The notes under the pieces were generated by a model, which ran no database searches, was not told the DNA's origin, and saw nothing but the letters and a program-made list of their open reading frames with translations. From a virus: a DNA stretch of 64,000 bases. This document shows positions 1 through 7,879 of this stretch, piece by piece. The stretch covers positions 63,831-127,830 of the IMG/VR virus record IMGVR_UViG_3300020599_000004; one strand, given 5' to 3'. The position numbers and the translations under genes are program-made. The stretch's first letter is position 1; each line of letters begins with the position of its first letter.

Positions 1-258
1 GCGCAGAGGAGCAGCAGAGACGTAATCCACGTCACGCATCAGGTGCTCCAGCTTCCGGCTGTCGACCAGCTGAGGCTTAGGAGACGCAGGACTCAGCACG
101 CCAGCAATGAATTGCTTGGCTCCGTCCAGGAATTCCGGAAGACGACCCGTGAACGCATTGAGCGTTTGCGAGACGTTCAGGGCTTCCAGGCCGATGACAG
201 TACGCTGATGGGACAGGCTCTCGAAAGTTACCTGCTCATCAGTGGCAAAAAGGTCTAA
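1..258 (+). CDS. 3' end of a hypothetical protein (truncated by window edge)
   Basis: Frame 1 is open from base 1 to TAA at 256-258, upstream of and co-directional with the recombinase gene. Confidence 0.4.
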   Translation, partial: AQRSSRDVIHVTHQVLQLPAVDQLRLRRRRTQHASNELLGSVQEFRKTTRERIERLRDVQGFQADDSTLMGQALESYLLISGKKV

Positions 259-309
259 CATAGTGGTTCTACTCCTGTGGGCAGCGTATTTTAAGAAAGA
301 AGCTGTCAT

Positions 310-1848
310 ATGGTTTGCGAAGGACCCAGCAGAGGAATGCCAACAGTGTCTTTTAACCATTTCAAATCCGCCCCGGCTGTACGTCCAATGCCCAACTTGG
401 GCTGTCTCTTGGACATCCAAACTGGGCGGTATTTTACCGGCAAACATGGGGAAAGCATCCTGAACGGCGGCATGCCGAACTTCAGTGGTGTGGCCGGTCT
501 ACCCAACATGTTTAAGACTGTACTGAGCCTGTACATCTGTGGCGCAGTGCTGAACCATCATAGCTGCGCCGTCATGCAAGCCCACGACTCCGAGAACACC
601 CTTTCTCTGGGTCGTATTTATGCCGCGTTCGAGCAATTCCAGAACCTGGCGGGCAAAGATTTGGTGGACCTCGGTCGGCTGAACTTCAGTGATGCCATGG
701 TCTACATGGGCAACGAATGGTTCGAAGCCCTGAAGGATACTTCCAAAGAACGCCGCAATGATCCGTCCATCAAGGTCACCACGCCGTTCTGGGATGAGAA
801 GGCCAAGGAGTTCGTCAAGATTCCTTCTCCGATGATTTCTTTCCTCGACTCGCTGTCCGGTCTGAACCCGGAAGTGATCGTCGAGATGTTCGACAAAGAC
901 GATATCGGTGGCAAGGGCCTGAACATGCTCGCCATGAAGTCGTCGGGTGCGAAGAGTCAGATGATCGACCAGATGACCAACGTCACGGCCCCTGCCGGCA
1001 TCTACTCGCTCATGACCGCACACGTCGGTCAGGAATACCAGTTGGACCCGTACAAGGCCAACGTCAAGAAGCTGAAGTTCCTGAAAGGTGATCTGAAACT
1101 CAAGAAGGTTCCCGAGAACTTCACCTTCCTCACCGGTAACTGCCTCTACGTTACCGGACTGTCGCCATTGCTGGACGACAATAAGACACCGGAGTTCCCG
1201 CGCGATGAGACTGACGATCTCAAAGGCGATACCGACCTGATCCTGATCACCGTCGTGCCGCTGCGCAACAAGTTCGGACCGTCGGGAATTCCATTTGATA
1301 TAGTGGTCTCCCAATCCGAGGGTGTCAAGGTAGGACTCACCGAGTACTACTACCTGCGTCAAGCCGGTTATTACGGCCTGTCCGACACCAATGGCAACAC
1401 TGCCAAAGGCAAGCCGAACTATCGTCTTGACCTGTACCCGGATGTGGCCCTGAGCCGCAAGACCATTCGAGGCAAGATCGAGGATTCGTACCGGCTACAA
1501 CGGGCATTCCAGATCACGTCCGAGATGGCCCAGATCGCTGATCTGTGGCACCACCTCGACGACGAGTACTACGTCCTGCCCAAGGACCTGTACAAGAGCC
1601 TCAAAGACAAAGGGTACGACTGGGAAATCCTGCTCGATACCACCGGTTTCTGGTCCTTCCAAGAGTACCCGGCTGAGAAGCCCTTCCTCTCCACCATGGA
1701 CCTGCTGAACATGCACGTGGGCAAATACCACCCCTACTGGTATCCCAAGTCGCGAGAAGAACTCGGTCTTAAGGACACCCCGGTCCAGACCGCCCCCACT
1801 CAGAAAAAGGCCGATGAAAAAACCATCATCGGTAAGGAACTCGCATGA
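310..1848 (+). CDS. uvsX: UvsX/RecA-like recombinase (phiKZ gp152-like)
   Basis: Walker A-like GVAGLPNMFKT, HDSEN motif, Walker B-like MISFLDSLS, and LTGNCLYV...RNKFGPSG. The start may be ATG 337. Confidence 0.85.
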   Translation: MVCEGPSRGMPTVSFNHFKSAPAVRPMPNLGCLLDIQTGRYFTGKHGESILNGGMPNFSGVAGLPNMFKTVLSLYICGAVLNHHSCAVMQAHDSENTLSLGRIYAAFEQFQNLAGKDLVDLGRLNFSDAMVYMGNEWFEALKDTSKERRNDPSIKVTTPFWDEKAKEFVKIPSPMISFLDSLSGLNPEVIVEMFDKDDIGGKGLNMLAMKSSGAKSQMIDQMTNVTAPAGIYSLMTAHVGQEYQLDPYKANVKKLKFLKGDLKLKKVPENFTFLTGNCLYVTGLSPLLDDNKTPEFPRDETDDLKGDTDLILITVVPLRNKFGPSGIPFDIVVSQSEGVKVGLTEYYYLRQAGYYGLSDTNGNTAKGKPNYRLDLYPDVALSRKTIRGKIEDSYRLQRAFQITSEMAQIADLWHHLDDEYYVLPKDLYKSLKDKGYDWEILLDTTGFWSFQEYPAEKPFLSTMDLLNMHVGKYHPYWYPKSREELGLKDTPVQTAPTQKKADEKTIIGKELA

Positions 1849-2144
1849 ATACTCTCCATCCCGGGGCCAGCCTTGTGCGTGCTGTCTCCAACCTGCTCCA
1901 CGAAGAAAACCCCACCTTGGCTGATCGCTTCGATCGCCAGTTCCGGGCAGCGTCCAACGACCCTCTGGATGAAATCATCGACCTGAATAGCTTCTGGCGT
2001 GATCAGCTGAGCTTCCTGTCGGTGAACACCATCTCCGAACGCGAATGCCTCATCGACGCTATCCAGCCTAACGACTGGCTGCGTCACTTCCGGCAGCAGG
2101 TTCTGCCGACCATCGTGCGGTTCGAGTTACCCCGCGTGGCATGA
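1845..2144 (+). CDS. hypothetical protein
   Basis: 99-aa ORF whose ATGA overlaps the uvsX stop; operon-like coupling. Confidence 0.7.
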   Translation: MNTLHPGASLVRAVSNLLHEENPTLADRFDRQFRAASNDPLDEIIDLNSFWRDQLSFLSVNTISERECLIDAIQPNDWLRHFRQQVLPTIVRFELPRVA

Positions 2145-2152
2145 GGTAAGGT

Positions 2153-2275
2153 ATGAGCGTTCGTATCTGCTACAAGTGCCTCCATGTTGCCACACCCGTG
2201 CAAATCTGGAGTAAGAACGCTCGCATCTTCTACCTCGGCTGCGAGAAATGCGGCCGTGGGGTGTTCTTCAACTAG
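2153..2275 (+). CDS. 40-aa C4 zinc-ribbon micro-protein (not in ORF track)
   Basis: MSVRICYKCLHVATPVQIWSKNARIFYLGCEKCGRGVFFN*. GAGG/AAGG lies upstream, the ORF exactly fills the gap between two genes, and its TAG overlaps the GGAGG RBS of the next gene. Confidence 0.65.
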   Translation: MSVRICYKCLHVATPVQIWSKNARIFYLGCEKCGRGVFFN

Positions 2276-2283
2276 GAGGCCGC

Positions 2284-2991
2284 ATGGGTAACCGTAAGAA
2301 AGCAACCGACTATATCCTCAAGCACATCGCGATGTTCGACCCGAACGACACGTCGAACGTCCAGCTGACCAAGAACTTCTTGGAAGGCCTGTCGGATGAG
2401 CAATTCGAGGACTACATGCGTCGGTTGCGCAAACCCCAAACCGGCGAAGAGGATCAGGGTCGCGAGACCCTGACCTACTATGCCCCGAACCTCAGTAAGA
2501 TCAAGCTTGAAGTTAAACGCAACCTTGAGATTGCTAAGGCCATCGGTCACAATTTCTTCGAGAGACTGTGGCTGACGGACCCACAGACCGGTGAGGTGTA
2601 CCTGACCACTCAGGCGCACATGGTCGTGGACCTGCCCATCCGTCGTCAGGCTCAGCTGCTGATCAAGAAGTCGTCTATCCCTGCAAATAACAACACGGTC
2701 GACGAACTGTCCGGTCAGCCGACGGGTGAGAGTAAAGGCGGTAAATTGAGCTTCCCAGAACTTCAGGCTCAAGTGGCTCAACAACTGGATAACACCATCC
2801 TCGAGGAAATCAAGATTCGTGGGGGTGATGAAATTGCGTACCAGGAGTTTGAGCGCCAGATGATTGACACTGGCAGTGCCTCATTGGAGCAATTGCTCCG
2901 GTTGGGGACCAAGGTGAAATCCACGGAGACACTCAGCAAGTTGTTCAAAGGGATGCATTTCGACAACAATCTGGCGGACAATGGGCGATAG
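2284..2991 (+). CDS. virion RNA polymerase beta subunit, C-terminal fragment (phiKZ gp149-like)
   Basis: QTGEVY...SGQPTGESKGGKLSFPE...EEIKIRGGD aligns by eye with RpoB RTGEQF...[20 protein letters not shown]...EMLTVKSDD. GGAGG RBS precedes ATG 2284. Confidence 0.88.
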   Translation: MGNRKKATDYILKHIAMFDPNDTSNVQLTKNFLEGLSDEQFEDYMRRLRKPQTGEEDQGRETLTYYAPNLSKIKLEVKRNLEIAKAIGHNFFERLWLTDPQTGEVYLTTQAHMVVDLPIRRQAQLLIKKSSIPANNNTVDELSGQPTGESKGGKLSFPELQAQVAQQLDNTILEEIKIRGGDEIAYQEFERQMIDTGSASLEQLLRLGTKVKSTETLSKLFKGMHFDNNLADNGR

Positions 2992-3015
2992 GCGCTCGTG
3001 TCAAGGAGTTTGGTA

Positions 3016-3366
3016 ATGTCAGGGGACAAGCTCTTCGGTGGAATGCACGACGATACTCGCAAAACCCTTCCCGCGACTGCTGCTTGTTTGTTCGAGCTGG
3101 TAGAACGCGGTCCCTTCAAGGACGTCGAAGTCCCCGAAGTGGATATGCAGGAACAAGGCTTCAATCAGAAGCAGCTGAACTCCCTGCTCGATGAAGGCAA
3201 GGCCATCCACATCACCGTGCGGGGCCAGGGCGGGTTCGTGGCAGCCACTGATAAAGGCTTGGATGCCTACTTGGCACTGTTGGGGGAGAAAACCTTCGAG
3301 GCAGCCAAGAGAGTCAGGATCGCAACCTACACGCTGACTGGCCACCTGGAAGGTAAGTCGGCATGA
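3016..3366 (+). CDS. hypothetical protein
   Basis: AGGAG RBS before ATG 3016; stop overlaps the next start (ATGA). Confidence 0.7.
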   Translation: MSGDKLFGGMHDDTRKTLPATAACLFELVERGPFKDVEVPEVDMQEQGFNQKQLNSLLDEGKAIHITVRGQGGFVAATDKGLDAYLALLGEKTFEAAKRVRIATYTLTGHLEGKSA

Positions 3367-3809
3367 AGTTCAACGAAATCGTAACCGTCATCGTCGAGCA
3401 CACCGGTCAGTATCGCGACAACTATCTGGCCGAGATGACCGACGAGAAGAAGAAGGATCTGATCAAAGCCCTCTTCGAACTGCGCGTCTCCATCCGTTGG
3501 TACCAACTCACTTCCAACGAACAGATCAAGCAGCTCTGGGACAAGGTCCGGGCTAATGTGGAATTGACCGACTACGTCATCCGTGGTACGTCGGCAATGA
3601 TCATGCGGTTCCACGACAGCCAACAACAGTGGAGCAACCTTATCGGCCAAATGGCCGAAGCGATCTGCTGGGTCACCAGTGACACCAAGATCGGTAAAGA
3701 AGTCACCGAGCGCGCTCCTCAGATGGAGTCCTTCAAGGCTTCGATCAACAGTAGCCCGTGGCTGTTCTTCCTGTACATGGAAACCCTCACCCCTCAGGTC
3801 AAGCCGTAA
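3363..3809 (+). CDS. hypothetical protein
   Basis: 148-aa ORF coupled to the previous gene, with phage-like codon usage. Confidence 0.75.
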   Translation: MKFNEIVTVIVEHTGQYRDNYLAEMTDEKKKDLIKALFELRVSIRWYQLTSNEQIKQLWDKVRANVELTDYVIRGTSAMIMRFHDSQQQWSNLIGQMAEAICWVTSDTKIGKEVTERAPQMESFKASINSSPWLFFLYMETLTPQVKP

Positions 3810-3821
3810 GGGAAGGGAAAC

Positions 3822-3840
3822 AAAAACAGTCGTACATTAT
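3822..3840 (+). promoter_or_regulatory. possible phage promoter (A-tract + TACATTAT, short spacer)
   Basis: AAAAAcagtcgTACATTAT resembles the motif found before other transcription units, but the spacer is 6 nt. Confidence 0.4.
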
Positions 3841-3896
3841 CTACCTGACGCTCGGTTCGCTGGGCGTCAGGCTTGTATGCGATTAAGGTAGGAAAC

Positions 3897-4667
3897 ATGA
3901 ACGACCAACGGATTTTGATCGAGTTGGATTGTCTGCTGGACACTCGGCTGGGTACACTCAGCAAGCTCAGTCAACAGGCGGCCGCCAATGCCATGAACAA
4001 CGACTTGTGGGTACGAGAGACGGACGACTTCCAGACGCTGTCCAACGGTCTGGTCACCAATGAGGCGTATAAAACCACGTATGCCCTACGGGATGTGGAA
4101 ACCCTCGCCCGGTCCTTCCTAACCAATATCGTCGATTACCTGGGCAACCTAACCCGTACCCTGCAACATAACGCCACCGATGGCATCGACGTGAAGGACA
4201 TCTACCTGACCATCAACACCAATCGGTACGATCTGACGAACGAAGAGATCGGCCTCATGATCGAGGGGTTGCGACCCCACGTGGCACTGACCACGCAGAT
4301 CAATGCAGTGAAGTACACCATCGATCAATTGACACCTGGGCTACTCAACGCAAATTACGACAGCTACATTCTGTACGACTTCGATGAGTGGGACAAACGG
4401 CATAGAGAGCAACTGATGAAGAACCCCATGCCGGAGTTCTCCATCGTTGCCCCTAGGCTGCATTTCACGGGTAAGGTCCCTGATCCATCGGACCTGGTGT
4501 CCGATGGACAGACGGTCGATCCGTTCAGGTTGACACAGTTGATCTTCATGGAGCGGTTGGACTTGGAGTTCTTGCCCGTGTTTTTCTACTCAGTCACCCG
4601 ACCAGCCACACGGACTAAGACTCCGGAGAAACAAAGTCCTCATACTTCAGGTTCTCTACGCCAATGA
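3897..4667 (+). CDS. conserved jumbo-phage hypothetical protein
   Basis: About 256-aa ORF beginning MNDQRILIELDCLLDTRLGTL. The DxDxxxDT-like start is reminiscent of a degenerate HAD fold. Confidence 0.75.
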   Translation: MNDQRILIELDCLLDTRLGTLSKLSQQAAANAMNNDLWVRETDDFQTLSNGLVTNEAYKTTYALRDVETLARSFLTNIVDYLGNLTRTLQHNATDGIDVKDIYLTINTNRYDLTNEEIGLMIEGLRPHVALTTQINAVKYTIDQLTPGLLNANYDSYILYDFDEWDKRHREQLMKNPMPEFSIVAPRLHFTGKVPDPSDLVSDGQTVDPFRLTQLIFMERLDLEFLPVFFYSVTRPATRTKTPEKQSPHTSGSLRQ

Positions 4668-5028
4668 AGGTTTGACCGGGGACAGTCTTCACCGGAGGCA
4701 GCTTGTCACGGTCCAGCGTGGGACGATCGTCGCGCTCTTCGACGAGCACACCTTTACGGAAGGGGTTCTTGCCGCCGATGGCCGCGAGGATCTTGGAAAC
4801 GTTGGCGGTAGCACGAGCAGCCTGGTCAACGGCGCTCTCCTCGACGTTGATCTTACGCGTGGTCAACGCCGCCGCGTCGAGGTCACGTAGCACACTGCTG
4901 AGTTGTTTGATGCCGTCCTCACTGGTCGGGACACCATCACGGGTGAGGTTATCAACAATTTGCAGGCGAAGGCTCTGCGAGAGTTCGATGACATCCTCGG
5001 GTTTGGTGGATTTCGATTTAGCGGTCAT
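4615..5028 (-). CDS. hypothetical helical protein
   Basis: Probable start MTAKSKSTK at 5028 (GGAG upstream). Its 3' end overlaps the convergent gene by 53 nt. Confidence 0.7.
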   Translation of the reverse strand: MTAKSKSTKPEDVIELSQSLRLQIVDNLTRDGVPTSEDGIKQLSSVLRDLDAAALTTRKINVEESAVDQAARATANVSKILAAIGGKNPFRKGVLVEERDDRPTLDRDKLPPVKTVPGQTFIGVENLKYEDFVSPES

Positions 5029-5068
5029 AGCCTGGCTCCACTGAGTATAGATTGCCATAGGAATACAC

Positions 5069-5584
5069 ATGCAGCTACTGAAACCGATCAAGGATTTCTT
5101 CACACGCCGACGGCTATCGAAGGAAGCAGAGGTCATCGAGGAGGTGGAGGACCCGGTGGAGATCCTGCTCCGGGCCTATCATTTACTGGAAGAAGCCAAC
5201 CTTGAACGATGGAGCATCCGCGACATCGTCAACCGTAATATCGACACCTACTCACCGGATGTGGAACACCTTTCAAGATGGCTCGAATGGGCCTGGGTTA
5301 CCATGACGTCCAATGACTACGTGCCAGATAAGTGGAAGAAGCTCCAGCACACGCTCTCCAATAAGTCGTTGGATGACTGGATGAGTGCAGAGGGCCATGA
5401 CGTTCATCCTGCGATCTTCTTTAGACGATCAGGACAACATATCCGAGTCATCTCGAACATCCTGCTGTCTGAACCTAACAATGAAACGGAAAAGAACAAA
5501 CTGAGGTACTACCGCCGCCAATATAGCACATTGATTCAAGATTGCACGACTGTGATGCGCACCATCTTCGAGGTCGTCAAGTAA
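5069..5584 (+). CDS. hypothetical protein
   Basis: 171-aa ORF, divergent from the previous gene. Confidence 0.7.
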   Translation: MQLLKPIKDFFTRRRLSKEAEVIEEVEDPVEILLRAYHLLEEANLERWSIRDIVNRNIDTYSPDVEHLSRWLEWAWVTMTSNDYVPDKWKKLQHTLSNKSLDDWMSAEGHDVHPAIFFRRSGQHIRVISNILLSEPNNETEKNKLRYYRRQYSTLIQDCTTVMRTIFEVVK

Positions 5585-5658
5585 TCCCCACACCCACTCC
5601 ATTTTAGTGCACCATCGCTCATCCGAGGTAAGTGCACACCGTGACAATGGAATAGACC

Positions 5659-6186
5659 ATGAGCAAAGAATTTAAACGTCTGCTGGAAACGGAAGACAAG
5701 AAGATCAACTCGTCTCGTAACGCGTTGTCGAAACTGTTCCGCGATATTCTCGCTTACCACGATGTTCGTCCAATGAAATGGGACGCCCTCGTTACGCGGT
5801 ATTTCCGTAGCCCGTTCTCGCGCACTCCGAAGAATGCGAAGGACATTGGTCAGGACAAGAATAACCTGAATCGTGCGTTAGCCAAGGATGCGCTGACGTG
5901 GAATAACTTCTTCAAAGCCTTGATGATCTTGAGTCCAAAGACCATCGAGATCACTATCACTATGGAGTGGCCCAACCGCAATGTAAGGTCGGAACACAAG
6001 GTGCTCATTCCTAATCCTGTTGCTGAACTGGACAATATCCACAACGAGGAACTTCAAGAAGAAGTCCTCAGAGCCAGTCAGAGGGCAACCCGCCGCAGTG
6101 CTCAGAATGCGCCCGCTGCGCCAGGTTCGACCCTTAAACAGAAAATCCAAGATCAGGTGGACCGCAAAAAGAATAGGGGTAAGTAA
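5659..6186 (+). CDS. hypothetical protein (possible DNA-binding)
   Basis: 175-aa ORF with a helical core and basic tail. Confidence 0.75.
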   Translation: MSKEFKRLLETEDKKINSSRNALSKLFRDILAYHDVRPMKWDALVTRYFRSPFSRTPKNAKDIGQDKNNLNRALAKDALTWNNFFKALMILSPKTIEITITMEWPNRNVRSEHKVLIPNPVAELDNIHNEELQEEVLRASQRATRRSAQNAPAAPGSTLKQKIQDQVDRKKNRGK

Positions 6187-6189
6187 GAG

Positions 6190-6759
6190 ATGGGTAAGCG
6201 AGTAGAGAACCCCGCCCAGGCCGAGGATAAGATGCGGCGCATCACCTTTGACCCGGCCGAAGATGGCGTCTCCCACATCAACTTCTTCACCCGTGGAAAA
6301 ACCAAGTTGGGTCGTATGGGCAGTAACCTCTCGGATGGTCCTCTGAATCATCCGCTGTACGGTCACTTCCGCAGCCCTGAAGGCCTCTGGTACTACCTCA
6401 AAACGGGCATGAAGGAGGATATCCTGCGTGTCGTCTCTGGCTATGAAGCCAAGGAGATGGGGAAGAAGTTGGAGACTGTCTGGAACGCAAACTTCCATCG
6501 TGAGTTTAAGATGGGTATCCTGGCCAGGATCATGGCCAGTGAGGACCTGCGTAACGAGTTGAAGAACTCCACTCTACCACTGGTGCATTACTACACCTTC
6601 CCGGATCGTAAGGACCGGAGCAAGTTGGTGGTAATCGTCCCCAAAGGACACGAATGGCAGATGGACTTCTGGTCCAGCATGCGGACTCGCTTGCAGAAAG
6701 GCGAACCGCTGGAGCCTGTTATGGACGGTTTGATCAACTTCAAACCGTCTGAGGAATAG
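6190..6759 (+). CDS. NADAR (YbiA-like) superfamily protein
   Basis: RMGSNL...GHFRSPEGLWYYLK...AKEMGKK...W...LRNELKNSTLPLVH matches the NADAR pattern (SNF...FxSvEhyfqaxK...AkxlGR...W...LlxT...LVE). Confidence 0.6.
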   Translation: MGKRVENPAQAEDKMRRITFDPAEDGVSHINFFTRGKTKLGRMGSNLSDGPLNHPLYGHFRSPEGLWYYLKTGMKEDILRVVSGYEAKEMGKKLETVWNANFHREFKMGILARIMASEDLRNELKNSTLPLVHYYTFPDRKDRSKLVVIVPKGHEWQMDFWSSMRTRLQKGEPLEPVMDGLINFKPSEE

Positions 6760-6769
6760 TTTTCACTCC

Positions 6770-6812
6770 ACTGGGGACCTTCGTGGTCCCCAGTTCTTTT
6801 CTTTTTTCTTTG
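6770..6812 (+). terminator. intrinsic terminator
   Basis: ACTGGGGACC-ttcgt-GGTCCCCAGT followed by a T-run. Confidence 0.9.
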
Positions 6813-6821
6813 AGGTGAGCT

Positions 6822-7841
6822 ATGTCTTCTACTGATTTCGCCGGGATGGCCGAAACAGTCTTCGGTGGACTCGGTACTGACACTGTCATGGCCAAGGACG
6901 TTTACAGTGTCAATGACAGCTCGGGCATCAACGCCATCTTCGGTGCCGCCAAGGGTGTCGCGACCGATGTCGTGGATGGTATCCGTAAGCGCCCAGGTAT
7001 CCTGGCAGAAGTGGTGCAGCTCGCTGGGATGGGCACGGGTAAGCTGACCAAAGCCGACATGACCCAACGGGTGATCAGCATCCTGGGGTCAGGTGGTAAC
7101 AGCGCTCTTAAGAAACTCTCCGACACCACACTAAACACCATTTTTGGTGCCATGGGTGTCAGCGCAGAAACCACCAAGGACATCAAGGTGGCGCTGGGCG
7201 CTGCGACACAGGTGGTCGGCTACAGCAATGTCACTGATGTCCAATCAATGACCAGTTTGCTGGGCATGATTGCGGGTAACTCGGAGTTGGCCAAGGCGTT
7301 TGATCTGGAAGCTGAAGCTGCACTGTTCACGGGCATCCTGAGCCAGGCCACTTCCATGGGCGCCTTCCAGGCGTTCGACATGATCAAGGAACACGCCAAT
7401 GATGACTACACCTGGCAGAGTGCGTACCAAGCCTCCGCAGGACAAGCCATCCTGGCCAGCGACCTAACCATCCTGAACAAGATCATCGATGAACTGGGTA
7501 GTGACAAGGTCCTGGCCGATAATCCTAACGCAGCGGAACAGCTGATTAGCAGTTATCGTTTCGCCAATGGCGTCACCGCTGATCAGTACCCAGCGAAATG
7601 GACAGAGCTGAACACCACGCTGAACAAGCTGGATGTCCATTGGTGGCAGTACCTGCGATCGGGCACTTGGATCGCTAACCTGGGGGTGTTCTACAAAGCC
7701 AGTGCGGATGCGAAGAAATTGCTCTATCTCAATGAGCCCTTTCGCACCATTGCACTGACGGCGCCTTACTACCCACCCACCTCTGCTGTGAACCTGGCAA
7801 GAGGTCTGTACCCCAACAACGTCTTTGGTACCACGACATAA
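6822..7841 (+). CDS. probable virion/tail-associated structural protein
   Basis: 339-aa Ala/Gly-rich helical ORF, GAGGTG RBS, adjacent to the tail gene cluster. Confidence 0.65.
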   Translation: MSSTDFAGMAETVFGGLGTDTVMAKDVYSVNDSSGINAIFGAAKGVATDVVDGIRKRPGILAEVVQLAGMGTGKLTKADMTQRVISILGSGGNSALKKLSDTTLNTIFGAMGVSAETTKDIKVALGAATQVVGYSNVTDVQSMTSLLGMIAGNSELAKAFDLEAEAALFTGILSQATSMGAFQAFDMIKEHANDDYTWQSAYQASAGQAILASDLTILNKIIDELGSDKVLADNPNAAEQLISSYRFANGVTADQYPAKWTELNTTLNKLDVHWWQYLRSGTWIANLGVFYKASADAKKLLYLNEPFRTIALTAPYYPPTSAVNLARGLYPNNVFGTTT

Positions 7842-7879
7842 GCAGGGAGGGCCATGGCCCTCCCTGTATGCCGCTTATG
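7837..7879. terminator. bidirectional hairpin (CATAA...TATGCC family)
   Basis: CAGGGAGGGCC-at-GGCCCTCCCTG flanked by CATAAGC and TATGCC, between convergent genes. Confidence 0.75.
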
